Source of the DNA: Candidatus Iainarchaeum andersonii SCGC AAA011-E11
Lineage (GTDB): Archaea > Iainarchaeota > Iainarchaeia > Iainarchaeales > Iainarchaeaceae
Direction: 5' to 3'
NCBI GenBank assembly: GCA_000402355.1
Contig: AQRS01000043.1
Span: forward strand, 23,090 to 87,089
DNA length: 64,000 bases
Both the position numbers and the translations under genes were made by a program. Numbering within the stretch: position 1 is the first letter of the stretch; each line of letters begins with the position of its first letter. Below the pieces are notes generated by a model. The model was not told where the DNA came from and ran no database searches. It worked only from the letters and a program-made list of their open reading frames with translations. This document shows positions 1 through 9,545 of this stretch, piece after piece.

Positions 1-345
1 TGCACGATACATGCAGGTACTTTCCCCTCATTTTCTGAAAAGTTATGGAAAACCCATAATCAATGTACACCATTCCCTTTGCCAGTCTTTGACGGGGGAA
101 AAGCATATGAAAAAGCCCATTCCCGTGGCGTCAAAATAATTGGGGCTTCTGCTCATTTTGTGACTGAGGAACTAGATGGTGGCCCAATAATAAGCCAATG
201 CGTACGGCATGCAAGCCATGTTGATTCAACATCTGACTTTCGCGATAAGGGAGCCTCAGCGGAACAAGAGGCACTTGTTAATTCGATAAGGCTTTTTCTT
301 AATGATAGAATTATAGTGTACAATGGCAAAACATTCATACTTTAG
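1..345 (+). CDS. Formyltetrahydrofolate deformylase / PurN-like formyltransferase, C-terminal part (5' end lies outside the window)
   Basis: Frame 1 is open from base 1. The motif 'GASAHFVTEELDGGPIISQ' and the following 'SHVDS' are typical of the PurU/PurN C-terminal catalytic region. Confidence 0.6.
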   Translation, partial: CTIHAGTFPSFSEKLWKTHNQCTPFPLPVFDGGKAYEKAHSRGVKIIGASAHFVTEELDGGPIISQCVRHASHVDSTSDFRDKGASAEQEALVNSIRLFLNDRIIVYNGKTFIL

Positions 346-354
346 GAGCAAAAC

Positions 355-1305
355 ATGAGCTTTGAATTCAAAAAACCCGTTCTGGAAGACTTCAAGTTCT
401 CCGCTGAAAAAAACAAAAAAATGGAAGAAATACTCTACAAGCATGGCCCTGGAAATGGCACATTGTTAGTGCTGCCAATTGACCAGGGCCTCGAGCACGG
501 CCCAATGGATTTCTTTGCAAACCCCGAAGCGAAAAACCCAGAGTTCCAATTCAGGCTGGCAATTGAGGGCGGTTACTCTGCAATAGCGTGCCACATAGGC
601 CTCGCAGAAAAGTACTGGACCAATTACAAAGGCAAAATACCATTGATTCTGAAAGTGAACGGGAAAACAGCTATTCCGAGCGACGACGAGGCGTTCTCAC
701 CATTAACCTCAATGGTTGAGGATGCGGTTCGGTTGGGCGCGAGCGCGGTAGGCTACACTTTGTACGTGGGCTCTCCGGCACAGGACCGTGATATTGCACA
801 ACTTAGCAAAGTCAGACTGGAGTGCGTGAAAAACAATTTGCCGCTAGTTGTCTGGTCATACTCAAGGGGAAAAGCCGTGCAGGAAAAGGGCGACAGGGAC
901 TCGCTTTACTCCGTTGATTACGCTGCGAGAGTTGCAATGGAACTCGGAGCGGACATGGTGAAGCTCAATGTCCCGAAAAAGCTTTCCGGAGAAAAACTCG
1001 AAAAATACAAAGCATTCCTCCAGAAGAACGAGGAAACCAAACCATATCTTGAGTTGGAAAACGCTCCCGACGTGGAAAGGATGAGAAGAGTTGTGGAGTC
1101 AGCAGGAAAAACCTTTGTTATAGTGAGCGGCGGCGGAAAAGTCGGGGACAGAGGCCTAGTGCAACGCTCTGAATTCTGCATAAAGGCAGGAGTAACCGGC
1201 TTCGTGTACGGCAGGAACATGTGGCAACGCCCATATAAAGAGGCGCTCGAAATGACAAAACAAATCAAGGAAATGCTGAAAAAGCAGAGAAAAGAACAGC
1301 AGTAA
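355..1305 (+). CDS. Class I fructose-bisphosphate aldolase, DhnA/FbaB family (ADH-synthase-like)
   Basis: 'LPIDQGLEHGP' resembles the 'LAMDHGxxxGP' motif. 'ARVAMELGADMVKLN' carries the Schiff-base Lys block of archaeal class I aldolases. Confidence 0.7.
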   Translation: MSFEFKKPVLEDFKFSAEKNKKMEEILYKHGPGNGTLLVLPIDQGLEHGPMDFFANPEAKNPEFQFRLAIEGGYSAIACHIGLAEKYWTNYKGKIPLILKVNGKTAIPSDDEAFSPLTSMVEDAVRLGASAVGYTLYVGSPAQDRDIAQLSKVRLECVKNNLPLVVWSYSRGKAVQEKGDRDSLYSVDYAARVAMELGADMVKLNVPKKLSGEKLEKYKAFLQKNEETKPYLELENAPDVERMRRVVESAGKTFVIVSGGGKVGDRGLVQRSEFCIKAGVTGFVYGRNMWQRPYKEALEMTKQIKEMLKKQRKEQQ

Positions 1306-1525
1306 TAGCCCTTGGCCTGCCATACTTTTAAATAGTTTTAATGCGGTGTTAGTATAGTGGTTTGTTGATGTACCAGAAGACCGTTGAAAGGGAAGAGGGT
1401 TACTCAAAGGCGGAGATTGGGCGGATTAAGGCTCTTTTTCGCGTCCTTGAAAAGGCCAGGGATTCCAAGAGCATCAATGCTTATACCGATAAAATGCTTG
1501 CTAAAATGAAGGGCTGAGCAGCTTT

Positions 1526-1744
1526 TCAAGCGCTATAAGTTCCGGCGTCTTCAGCTTCTTTTTTTGGTTGCAGCAAATCACTCGAATAAACACAATCGAT
1601 TTTTTCGCCTTTCAGGAACTCCGAGAGTTTGTGAGCCTGCACTTTGCCTTTTTCGCTTAGGAGGTTATTTGCGTGCCCCTGCTTCCTGCCCTCCTGGTTC
1701 CACTCGGTTTCGCCGTGCCTCACAATAATGAGCTTAGAGAACAT
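1526..1744 (-). pseudogene. Histidine phosphatase (phosphoglycerate mutase family) N-terminal remnant, 72 aa only
   Basis: Starts with the canonical 'IIVRHGETEWN' catalytic motif but stops after 72 aa. No continuation is found in any frame downstream. The sequence at coordinates below 1526 is intergenic, so there is no room for the rest of the gene before the aldolase. Confidence 0.45.
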
Positions 1745-1908
1745 TCACAACACCAAAAACAACCGCTTGAACATTTAAAGCCCTTCGGCGGGCGGCAAAT
1801 TCATTTTTCCGCGGCTTCCCGCTTTCCGCGGTGGCAACTGCAGCCGCAGTAAAGCGAGGAAACGTGACCCCGCCCGTTGGTGTAGCAGTAGAAGCAGCAC
1901 ATCACGAG

Positions 1909-2412
1909 TCACTTCACAATCCTGAAAACAATCGGGTCAACGGCCCTTATGAGGCTCCGCGAAGCAAGCTCCAACCCAAGAGTCGGAACGCCCGCACTGA
2001 TGTTAACCTTCTTCTTCAAAAGTATCGCCTCGTCGAAAACAACGGGAACCCCATTGTCAAAAGAAACCGGCGGAACAGAACCCAGTTCAAAGCCGGTTAC
2101 GTCACTTATTTTTGATTCGGGCGCAAAAGAAAGGCGCTTGAACGGAAGCAAACGCCTGATGCTTTGCGGGTCAAGCGTTGAATCCGCGAGAAGGCACGCG
2201 AGGCAATACTTCCCGGCCTTATCCACGAGAAGAATGGACTTCACCATTTCATTCAAAGGAACTTTCCTTTCAATTGCGGCATCCTCGCATGAATAGGCGG
2301 GCTTTTCGTGCGGCAAAAGCCTGTAAGAAACACCTTTTTCCTTCAAGAAATCCTCAACTTTCAACATTTTCTCCACCTTTCGCAGCTTAACTTGGTTATT
2401 CAGGTTCTGCAA
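1909..2412 (-). CDS. YbaK/ProX-type aminoacyl-tRNA deacylase domain protein
   Basis: 167 aa with a YbaK-like fold signature ('CEDAAIERKV...MVKSILLVDKAGKYCLACLLADSTLD'). Confidence 0.6.
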   Translation of the reverse strand: MQNLNNQVKLRKVEKMLKVEDFLKEKGVSYRLLPHEKPAYSCEDAAIERKVPLNEMVKSILLVDKAGKYCLACLLADSTLDPQSIRRLLPFKRLSFAPESKISDVTGFELGSVPPVSFDNGVPVVFDEAILLKKKVNISAGVPTLGLELASRSLIRAVDPIVFRIVK

Positions 2413-2434
2413 TTACCAAACCCATAAACAACCA

Positions 2435-2779
2435 CTATTTTCCGACATTCTTTCTTTGTACATTGTAATTATCCCAAACAAGGCTCGCTAGGCATGAAAC
2501 CAAGTACATATAGATTATTGCTATCGGGGCAACCAACATTCCAAAACCTATTGATGACACAGGCACGGTAACAAGTGTTATCGGAAGAAGAAAATACGCC
2601 AATGCAGCCCAGAGAGGAACAGGCCTGATGAGATCGTACAAAAACGGTTTTGAGGCAGGGTCATTCGAAAAGCCCCAAGCCTGAATTGTTGCGAGAATAG
2701 CCCAAATTATTAATAGTGAAAAAACCAAAATTTTAGCCTCATTTGGCGCCAGAAATTTCAACACTTTTTCTTTCATCAC
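2435..2779 (-). CDS. Small integral membrane protein (3 predicted TM segments), function unknown
   Basis: Hydrophobic 114-aa ORF with clean ORF boundaries. Confidence 0.4.
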   Translation of the reverse strand: MMKEKVLKFLAPNEAKILVFSLLIIWAILATIQAWGFSNDPASKPFLYDLIRPVPLWAALAYFLLPITLVTVPVSSIGFGMLVAPIAIIYMYLVSCLASLVWDNYNVQRKNVGK

Positions 2780-2819
2780 GTTTCACTTTTTATTCAAATA
2801 ATGCATTAAAACAAAATAA

Positions 2820-2847
2820 AAAGAGCCCCAAATGGGGGGCTCTTTCC
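2820..2847 (-). terminator. Hairpin (8-bp GC stem 'agagcccc/ggggctct') followed by a T-run on the minus strand, downstream of the transposase
   Basis: 'aaaaagagccccaaatggggggctcttt' lies immediately after the transposase stop. The minus strand reads hairpin plus TTTTT. Confidence 0.45.
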
Positions 2848-3792
2848 TTAATTACAGTACAGGTTGTGCCGGCGGTGTAGAAATGTGTTGGCAAATATAA
2901 ATAGCCAAACTTTTATTCTGCGCCCCATGACCTCAAGATTGTATGCCAGCATTTTGATGGTGACTTCTTTCTGCTGGTTCAAGGGTTTCCGTGAGGAAAC
3001 CCACGCCCCGAAGGGGCGTTTCACAGCAGAAATCACGGATTCTACAAGCGCTCTGCGCTTGTAAGCTTGCGCATCGAAGAGCCTCGCTGCTCTGCGTCTG
3101 GCTTTGCCGTGAATAGATTGCTTGTGACCATAACCTAGTCGGCCTTGCCGCCACTCTCGAACGGGAATGATGTGCTCTACATTGATGGAGTCGCAGTAGA
3201 GCCTGTTGCTTGCGGCATCATAGCCCTTGTCCGCAAGCACGCATTTGAGAGCGTGCTTGAGCTCACTCACAACAGGAATAAAGAATAGAGTCTCATTCCG
3301 GTAATCGCTTGTGCTCTTGACATTAAGCACAAGCTTTGAATCCAAATCGGCTAATAGAACCGTTTTAGTGAAGTTCTTGACGCTAGTGCCTTCTATACGC
3401 TTAATGTAATAGTGCGAGGGATTGGTGTTGGAAAAGCCAGTGCCGTCAACGGCACTGAGCATGCCCTTCAAACCTAATAATGAATGGCATGCTTTCACCA
3501 TGCGCTCAAGCAAGCTTTTTGATAAGCGCTGGAGCGCCTTTTGTATCGTAGTGAAGTGAGGAATGCGCTTGATGCACAACATGCGAGCGAGATTGAATTC
3601 TGTGGCGAGGTGCTCAAGCCGCCTGTATGACACGCCTAATCTCTGCTTGAGCACCAAGAGAAAGACGTGCACAAAGTTGTTGTACATCTTCTTGCTCCGA
3701 TAATAACGGTGCAATGGGAGCCTGGCTTGCGCGCACACGCGCAAGCATAATTTATAAAAGTCTGAAGTCGCTATTGGTATCAAAGCGCTCAA
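2848..3792 (-). CDS. IS5-family DDE transposase
   Basis: 314 aa with the 'LADKGYDA' motif typical of the IS5 DDE catalytic region, plus 'SAVDGTGF'. Confidence 0.75.
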   Translation of the reverse strand: MSALIPIATSDFYKLCLRVCAQARLPLHRYYRSKKMYNNFVHVFLLVLKQRLGVSYRRLEHLATEFNLARMLCIKRIPHFTTIQKALQRLSKSLLERMVKACHSLLGLKGMLSAVDGTGFSNTNPSHYYIKRIEGTSVKNFTKTVLLADLDSKLVLNVKSTSDYRNETLFFIPVVSELKHALKCVLADKGYDAASNRLYCDSINVEHIIPVREWRQGRLGYGHKQSIHGKARRRAARLFDAQAYKRRALVESVISAVKRPFGAWVSSRKPLNQQKEVTIKMLAYNLEVMGRRIKVWLFIFANTFLHRRHNLYCN

Positions 3793-3829
3793 AATGAATC
3801 ACCAATTCTATGAGCGCTTTTCTCCTTAT

Positions 3830-4642
3830 TTATAAATCATTTCTACAGAGCCGGTTGTGCCACCATTGAACATATTGACCCCACCAATACACGGGCCAGT
3901 TATAGCTGAATATTTCAGGGTTTGGTTCTGGAGTTTGAGTCCAGTAAGTCCAAGAGGACCCCTGCTGCAATATTCTCGCCTGTGTCCTGAAAGAACCCCA
4001 AGTACAGCTATACGCATTTACCCACTTAGTGAAGTCTTCAGGACAACTATACCCAGTGGAACCGCAACCAGGCCAATATGTGTTATGGAAACCCTGACTT
4101 TTCACATTGTTTGAAATTTCAGTTTTGGTAGCCTTGAATATCCCGGAATTTTTTCTTGCAGGACATATATGGGGCTGTTGTTGGCTGCCGCCGCAAACCA
4201 AATTACTTGTGGTTGTTGCAGCCCGCATAGTAGCATCGGCACTTCCAGAAGACATTGCGTCAAATACTGCATTGAATTTTGAGGATTCAGGAAGCGCTTT
4301 TAGTTTTCCTGAGTAAATTCCCTCTGACTTTATGATGGCAACAGATTTGTTGTTATATGCCGAGTACTCCACACCCATCTGAATCAGCCTTTTGGGCAAC
4401 CCATTCGCTTTTGCCTTTGAAATATCAAAGGTTACCGAATAATCCTTGTTTATCTTCATATAAGGCGACAGGCTGTTAAGCTCCGAAACCGAATAACTGC
4501 TGCCAACTAGCTTGCTTTCCTGAATTCCGCCTGCAAAAGCCGTGGAAGTCAAAAATAGCAAACAAACTAATGAAACTATTTTTCCAAATCTCAACACAAC
4601 ACCTCCAATGTTGTGCAGATTAACCCTAAGCTCGCTACTCAA
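3830..4642 (-). CDS. Secreted protein with N-terminal signal peptide and Cys/Trp-rich C-terminus, unknown function
   Basis: The N-terminus 'IVSLVCLLFLTSTAFAG' looks like a signal peptide. The C-terminal 90 aa are rich in W, Y and C ('WPVYWWGQYVQWWHNRLC'). Confidence 0.45.
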   Translation of the reverse strand: MSSELRVNLHNIGGVVLRFGKIVSLVCLLFLTSTAFAGGIQESKLVGSSYSVSELNSLSPYMKINKDYSVTFDISKAKANGLPKRLIQMGVEYSAYNNKSVAIIKSEGIYSGKLKALPESSKFNAVFDAMSSGSADATMRAATTTSNLVCGGSQQQPHICPARKNSGIFKATKTEISNNVKSQGFHNTYWPGCGSTGYSCPEDFTKWVNAYSCTWGSFRTQARILQQGSSWTYWTQTPEPNPEIFSYNWPVYWWGQYVQWWHNRLCRNDL

Positions 4643-4719
4643 ATAACTTTCTCGAGACCTAATATACCTGCGGTTGATTGCGAATCAACCAAAAAGTTGA
4701 TTATTGCCGAAAAATGCTT

Positions 4720-5241
4720 TCACGGCAAAAGCGATATCGATTCCCTTAACGAAGGAACCGTTTTTTCGTTCCCCCTAAGCAAATCCATGAGACCTTTTTT
4801 TGAAACCAGCCTTGTTTCCGAAATTTCTTTGCTGTCGGGCCTTACCACCCCCTTTGTCCGGCACACAAAAAAATGCATCATGAAATTGTCGTTGTAATCG
4901 CGGTCATGAATGGCTTTTTTGCCTATGAATTCAAGGTTCGCCGCATCAAGGCCGAGTTCCTCCTTCACGCCCCTGACAGCCGCTTCCTCATAGGTCTCGC
5001 CGCTCTTCACGGTTTCCTCCACCATCGACCAATTGCCCGGCCTGATTTTCTTGCGTTCACTCCTTTTCTCCAGCACTATTTTCCCGTTCAGGAAAACGTA
5101 AACGCCCGCGCAGCGGTAAAGCAGGCCTTTCCCATTAACTTCCTTTCTTGATGCCCGCCCAATCACTTCATCTTTTTCATTAACCAAATCAAGCATTTCT
5201 TCGGCCATCGCCACATCGGAAAAATAATGAGCAACCCGCAT
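4720..5241 (-). CDS. NUDIX hydrolase
   Basis: Nudix box 'GETYEEAAVRGVKEELGL' (GX5EX7REUXEEXGU). Confidence 0.7.
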   Translation of the reverse strand: MRVAHYFSDVAMAEEMLDLVNEKDEVIGRASRKEVNGKGLLYRCAGVYVFLNGKIVLEKRSERKKIRPGNWSMVEETVKSGETYEEAAVRGVKEELGLDAANLEFIGKKAIHDRDYNDNFMMHFFVCRTKGVVRPDSKEISETRLVSKKGLMDLLRGNEKTVPSLRESISLLP

Positions 5242-5244
5242 TTA

Positions 5245-5784
5245 TTACCCTTGCACTTTAGCGATGCGCACAAAATACATTACCCCCGCAGCCGCCAGCA
5301 AAACGGAGCAAAGCAAATAGGTTTGTGCAAAACCCAAAAAGCCAAAGAAAGGATTCTGCATGGAGAACGGAGTAAAAGGCCGGATATCATTGTAAAGGAA
5401 CGAATCAAGCAGCACATGCGAAAAAGCAGCGAAAACCGAGGAAAATAAAATCACGGCATTCGAAACCTGCAGCTGCGGAAAACGGAACAAAGCAAATACA
5501 GCATCAATTTGCGCCCTCAGCAAAACTAGCACAACAAAAACCAGCAAAGCTGCGATAAATGCACCGAGAAAAGTGTGGAAAAAACCGTGCAACACACCGC
5601 CTTCATTCGGCGAAATGAAGAGGAACCAGAACGGCTCCAAATCAACAATTACGGAAGAAACAAGGAGCGCGGGCAAATAGAAAAAGCGCGGAAACGCGAA
5701 GGCAAACACCGAAACAGACCAATGGAACGGGGTCAAAGGCATAAAGGAAGCACGCAAAGCCTCAATAAAACGATTTTGGTTCAC
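5245..5784 (-). CDS. Polytopic membrane protein, possibly DUF457/YdjM-like membrane metal-dependent hydrolase
   Basis: Hydrophobic 179 aa with conserved His residues in 'HGFFHTFLG' and 'SHVLLD'. Confidence 0.35.
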   Translation of the reverse strand: MNQNRFIEALRASFMPLTPFHWSVSVFAFAFPRFFYLPALLVSSVIVDLEPFWFLFISPNEGGVLHGFFHTFLGAFIAALLVFVVLVLLRAQIDAVFALFRFPQLQVSNAVILFSSVFAAFSHVLLDSFLYNDIRPFTPFSMQNPFFGFLGFAQTYLLCSVLLAAAGVMYFVRIAKVQG

Positions 5785-5854
5785 GCATCAGATAAGGAGC
5801 AATCAGGGATAATCACAGAAAAGGTTTAAATTAATCACCCAACACATTATTAGT

Positions 5855-5995
5855 ATGCCAGAAACAGTAACGATTCCTAAAACAGAATACAAGTCATTGA
5901 AAAAGAAAGCAGCCATTGCAGATGATGTTTTGCACCAGCTTGAACTCAGCCTGCGCGATGCCGAAAAAGGAAGAATAAGAAAGGCTGTACATTAA
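5855..5995 (+). CDS. Small ORF (46 aa), putative RHH/AbrB-like antitoxin-type protein
   Basis: 'MPETVTIPKTEYKSLKKKAAIADDVLHQLELSLRDAEKGRIRKAVH'. A TATA-like 'tttaaatta' lies about 25 bp upstream, consistent with a leaderless transcript. The ORF is convergent with the RelE-like gene and overlaps it by 4 bp. It is absent from the ORF track because it is shorter than 60 aa. Confidence 0.25.
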   Translation: MPETVTIPKTEYKSLKKKAAIADDVLHQLELSLRDAEKGRIRKAVH

Positions 5996-6300
5996 GGCTG
6001 GACACCGACTATTTTTGCATACCTTTCCCGGTTGGCAAGCACGTGCCTGATTATTTCCCGTTGCTCCTTCTTGTCCCCAAAAGCCACAAGCAGCACCTTT
6101 CCGGCATTCCGGTAAACAAGGTAGTAAAGCCGTTTACCCTCGTACTTTTTCTCACGGAACCACTTGAAGCCCAACGGCTTCCCGACCTCGCTGTTTGCTT
6201 CAAGCTGCGCAATCATTTTCCTAATCCAAGCCTTTTCTTCCTCCTCAAGCGATTCGAACTGCCTTGAGAAAGACTCAGTTTCCAGAACCTCGAAGCCCAT
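5992..6300 (-). CDS. relE: RelE/ParE-family type II toxin
   Basis: 102 aa with a RelE/ParE-like pattern ('GKPLGFKWFREKKYEGKRLYYLVYRNAGKVLLVAFGDKKEQ'). Its start codon directly abuts the stop of the upstream V4R gene. Confidence 0.6.
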   Translation of the reverse strand: MGFEVLETESFSRQFESLEEEEKAWIRKMIAQLEANSEVGKPLGFKWFREKKYEGKRLYYLVYRNAGKVLLVAFGDKKEQREIIRHVLANRERYAKIVGVQP

Positions 6301-6873
6301 TCATTCCACCCTCAACTGCGCCCTTGTCAGGGGATTGTCAAACTTGAACTCCGCCAAGGGCTTTACAACGAAATCACAGTGCGGCGCGCTCTGGGCGAGG
6401 CATTTTGTCTCGACGCACTCAACATCGCTCTTGAAGTAAATCGAGGAAACCCCGGCAAGGAACCCGCGCATGAACGTGTCAACCGGGGCTTTTGCGCCCT
6501 TCACGTTCTGAGCAACCGCGCTGTTCGAAACCGAAACCATTGCACGGCACTTCTTCTCGTCAAAATCAGTAACCTGAATCTCGCCCCAGCCCGAAGCCGT
6601 GAAAAAAGCATTCATGAAATCCAATCCTTTTTGCCCCTCGACGCCAAAATCAATCTGGAACTGCCTACGCAAAGAATTCTGCGTTGATTCCTTCACGCTT
6701 TTGTAAATATTGAAATTCAGCTCCTTGCCCTCGAGCTTGGCAATTCCAGCGAGCGCATCAAGCGGAATGAGCGCGAAAGGCACATCCGCGAGGAAAAAAT
6801 TGTTGTGCCTGTACTGCAAACTGTTGGTGAAAATGAATTTGTCGAGAAAACTGTTAAGCATTGAAACCACCAA
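6301..6873 (-). CDS. V4R (4-vinyl reductase) domain protein
   Basis: The C-terminal 'GWGEIQV...VECVETKCLAQSAPHCDFVV' matches the V4R G.G...E..C...G...C.F signature. Confidence 0.5.
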   Translation of the reverse strand: MVVSMLNSFLDKFIFTNSLQYRHNNFFLADVPFALIPLDALAGIAKLEGKELNFNIYKSVKESTQNSLRRQFQIDFGVEGQKGLDFMNAFFTASGWGEIQVTDFDEKKCRAMVSVSNSAVAQNVKGAKAPVDTFMRGFLAGVSSIYFKSDVECVETKCLAQSAPHCDFVVKPLAEFKFDNPLTRAQLRVE

Positions 6874-6892
6874 ACAAAAAATTTCCGGACAT

Positions 6893-7237
6893 TTACGGCG
6901 CCTCCTTCAAAATTTTATGGATTGCCCGGTAAGCCTCCACTTCAAGCGGCCAGACAATCAAAGCGTTCCCCACGCGCTTGGAAAGAACCAAGCGCTTCGC
7001 AACCAGTTTCTTCAGGTAATAAGCGTAATTCGTGGAGTGGCGCTTCTTGTGCTCTTTTGTATGCAGCTTCTCATTGAAGTGCCCGGCAATCTCCAGAGCG
7101 GAGACAGGCCAGTGCTCCCTCACCAGGGAAAGCACTTTTTGCTCCTTATCCGAGAGTTCTGCATAGCCAGAATTAATAGCCATAATAAGCCAAAATAAGG
7201 GCTTTTGAAGTATAAAAAACAAGCCACTCTCTGGCAA
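6893..7237 (-). CDS. Winged-helix transcriptional regulator
   Basis: 'SALEIAGHFN...YAYYLKKLVAKRLVLSKRVGNALIVWPL' has a wHTH pattern. It is the first gene of the wHTH-V4R-RelE transcription unit. The start may instead be the internal Met at 7183. Confidence 0.45.
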   Translation of the reverse strand: MPESGLFFILQKPLFWLIMAINSGYAELSDKEQKVLSLVREHWPVSALEIAGHFNEKLHTKEHKKRHSTNYAYYLKKLVAKRLVLSKRVGNALIVWPLEVEAYRAIHKILKEAP

Positions 7238-7342
7238 GCCAGAAAAACGGCATTAACTCTTTTGCAATACAGCGAAGCCGGTTCTTTTTCTTTTTCGCCA
7301 ACGTTTTTCTTTTTCTTATCAAGAAAAAGAAAAAGGTTGTGC

Positions 7343-8251
7343 TCAGTGCTTGTGCTTCACGTGCAGCAGGTACTCGAAGTTCTCTATGTCTGACTCGCGC
7401 AGGAGTATTATGAGGGCGCCGGCGAGCACAACCAGGTAGCCGATGAATTCAACCCGCGTTGGAATTTCATTGAGGAACAAAAACGCGAGTACCGAGGCAA
7501 TGAAGAGTTCTGACAATGATATTATCGAGGCGGTCGAGGCCTCGATTTTTTCCAGCGCGTAATAGTAGAGGTCGCTCGCGACCCCGCGGAGCAAACCTAT
7601 TACTATGATTGCGAGCATTTCCCAGCCGAAAATATTGAAATCGGGAATGGTGCCTGTGAAAGGCACAATCAATGTAAGCACAATGGCCTGGAACCCGTTT
7701 GCATAAATCGAAACCGTGTGGAACGGGTAATCCTTGAGCTCCCTGGACGTTATTATGTCGCCCGCATAAGTCAGCGCGGCAATGAAGCTGAACACAAACC
7801 CCAAGTCAAGCGAGAGGATGCTTTGGGGGTTTGCAATGAAGAACAGCCCGAGAACGGTGAGAGCCAAACCAAAAACCTTTTTCGCTGTCAATTTTTCGCC
7901 GAGCAGAAGCACGGCACCGACAAGCACCCACGCAGGTGCAGTATAAGCAATGAAGTAAGCGTTAGAAAGCGTAGTGTAAACAAGCGAAGCGAGGAAAAAA
8001 AGCGGGGTAAAAAGCGCAAAGAGGCCGTTGAGGAGAATCATCCTCAGCTCCTTTGTGTCGGTCACAACCTCGTGCCTGATTCCCTTGTAATCGGAAATGA
8101 ACCAGACCGAGATGAACCTGAAAATGTTGGAAAGCCACAGGATAAATATGAAAGAAAAACCGAGTTCTATGAAGAATTTTGCGGCAAAGCCCGAAATGCC
8201 CCAGATTGCCCCTGCAATGATGAGGCCGATGATGGCGGCTTTATGCTCCAT
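7343..8251 (-). CDS. EamA/DMT-family transporter
   Basis: 302 aa with about 10 TM segments and duplicated EamA-like halves. Confidence 0.65.
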   Translation of the reverse strand: MEHKAAIIGLIIAGAIWGISGFAAKFFIELGFSFIFILWLSNIFRFISVWFISDYKGIRHEVVTDTKELRMILLNGLFALFTPLFFLASLVYTTLSNAYFIAYTAPAWVLVGAVLLLGEKLTAKKVFGLALTVLGLFFIANPQSILSLDLGFVFSFIAALTYAGDIITSRELKDYPFHTVSIYANGFQAIVLTLIVPFTGTIPDFNIFGWEMLAIIVIGLLRGVASDLYYYALEKIEASTASIISLSELFIASVLAFLFLNEIPTRVEFIGYLVVLAGALIILLRESDIENFEYLLHVKHKH

Positions 8252-8289
8252 GGAACCAAGTAAAGCGATTTAGAATAAAAGCGTTTACC

Positions 8290-9516
8290 CTACAATAAGT
8301 GGCCCATTCTCTGTTTCTTGGTTCTCAGGTATTTCCTGTTGTACTCGTTCGCGTGCACCTTAATCGGAACTTGCGCGGTAATTTTCAATCCGAAGCCTTC
8401 CAAGGCAGCCAATTTTTTCGGGTTGTTAGTGAGAACCCTTATGCTTGTCAAGCCCAAGTCGCAAAGAATCTGCGCGCCCGTGCCGAATTCGCGCCTGTCG
8501 CTCGGAAGCCCCAAAGCAAGGTTTGCCTCAACAGTGTCCTTGCCCTTCTCCTGCAACTCATATGCGCGCAGCTTGTTCAAAAGGCCTATTCCCCGGCCTT
8601 CGTGATGCGGAATGTAAAGAACAACGCCTCGGCCCTCGGCATTTATCCTTTCCAGCGCAATGTGCAACTGCTCATTGCAATCACATCTCTTGCTGTGGAA
8701 CACATCCCCGGTAAGGCAGGCACTATGAACCCTCACAAGAACGTTTTTTTTGCCCGCAACTTTCCCCTTCACAAGCGCGAGGTATTCGTGGTTTCCCGCA
8801 AGATCAAGGAAGCCGACAGCCTTGAAATCCCCGAAATCGGTAGGAAGGTTGGCCTCCGCAATGCGCTTAATCTGCAGGCCTTTCCTCAGCCTGTACTGAA
8901 TCAAATCCTTCAAAGTCACGAGCTTCAGCGAGTGCTTCTTGGCAAACTTCCGGAGTTCGGGAAGGCGCGCCATGGAGCCGTCAGCATTCATTATCTCGCA
9001 AATCACCGCAACGGGCTTTAATTTCGCGAGCTTCACCAAATCAATTGCCCCCTCGGTATGCCCGGCCCTCTGCAGAACGCACCCTTCCTTTGAAACCAGG
9101 GGAAAAACGTGCCCCGGCCTGTGCAAAGACCCCGGCTTTGAAGAATCGCTGAGAATTGTTTTGATTGTCAGAAGGCGATCGCTGATGCTTATTCCTGTGG
9201 AGGTCCCCACGGCATCGACCGAAACAGTGAAAGGCGTTTCAAACTTGTCCTTGTTCTGGGTCATACGCGGCAAATCCAATTGAAGCGCCTTTTCCTGTGT
9301 AATCGGGACGCAAATCAGGCCGCGCGCTTCACGCGCCATGAAATTCAGGTGCTCCGCGGTAACCTTTTCCGCCGCAATAACCAAATCACCCTCGTTCTCG
9401 CGCGACTCGTCATCCACCATGACAACCATTCCGCCCTTGGCAAGGGCACTTGCGGCGCTTTCAACTGAATCGAATTTAAAACCCATGAGACCCACTATTA
9501 ATGAACCCCGCAACAA
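8290..9516 (-). CDS. ribBA: Bifunctional 3,4-dihydroxy-2-butanone-4-phosphate synthase / GTP cyclohydrolase II
   Basis: RibB N-terminal domain ('ENEGDLV', 'HTEG') and RibA C-terminal domain ('CDCNEQL', 'HHEGRGIGL'). Confidence 0.85.
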   Translation of the reverse strand: MLRGSLIVGLMGFKFDSVESAASALAKGGMVVMVDDESRENEGDLVIAAEKVTAEHLNFMAREARGLICVPITQEKALQLDLPRMTQNKDKFETPFTVSVDAVGTSTGISISDRLLTIKTILSDSSKPGSLHRPGHVFPLVSKEGCVLQRAGHTEGAIDLVKLAKLKPVAVICEIMNADGSMARLPELRKFAKKHSLKLVTLKDLIQYRLRKGLQIKRIAEANLPTDFGDFKAVGFLDLAGNHEYLALVKGKVAGKKNVLVRVHSACLTGDVFHSKRCDCNEQLHIALERINAEGRGVVLYIPHHEGRGIGLLNKLRAYELQEKGKDTVEANLALGLPSDRREFGTGAQILCDLGLTSIRVLTNNPKKLAALEGFGLKITAQVPIKVHANEYNRKYLRTKKQRMGHLL

Positions 9517-9545
9517 TTACTTAAAAGCGTTACGATTAACAAAAA

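Larger units (their letters stand above)
2800..3860 (-). mobile_element. IS5-family insertion sequence (ends not resolved)
   Basis: Carries an IS5/IS4-type DDE transposase. The terminator hairpin and a 9-bp palindrome (aaagcgctc/gagcgcttt) bracket the ORF. Terminal inverted repeats could not be defined by eye. Confidence 0.4.
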
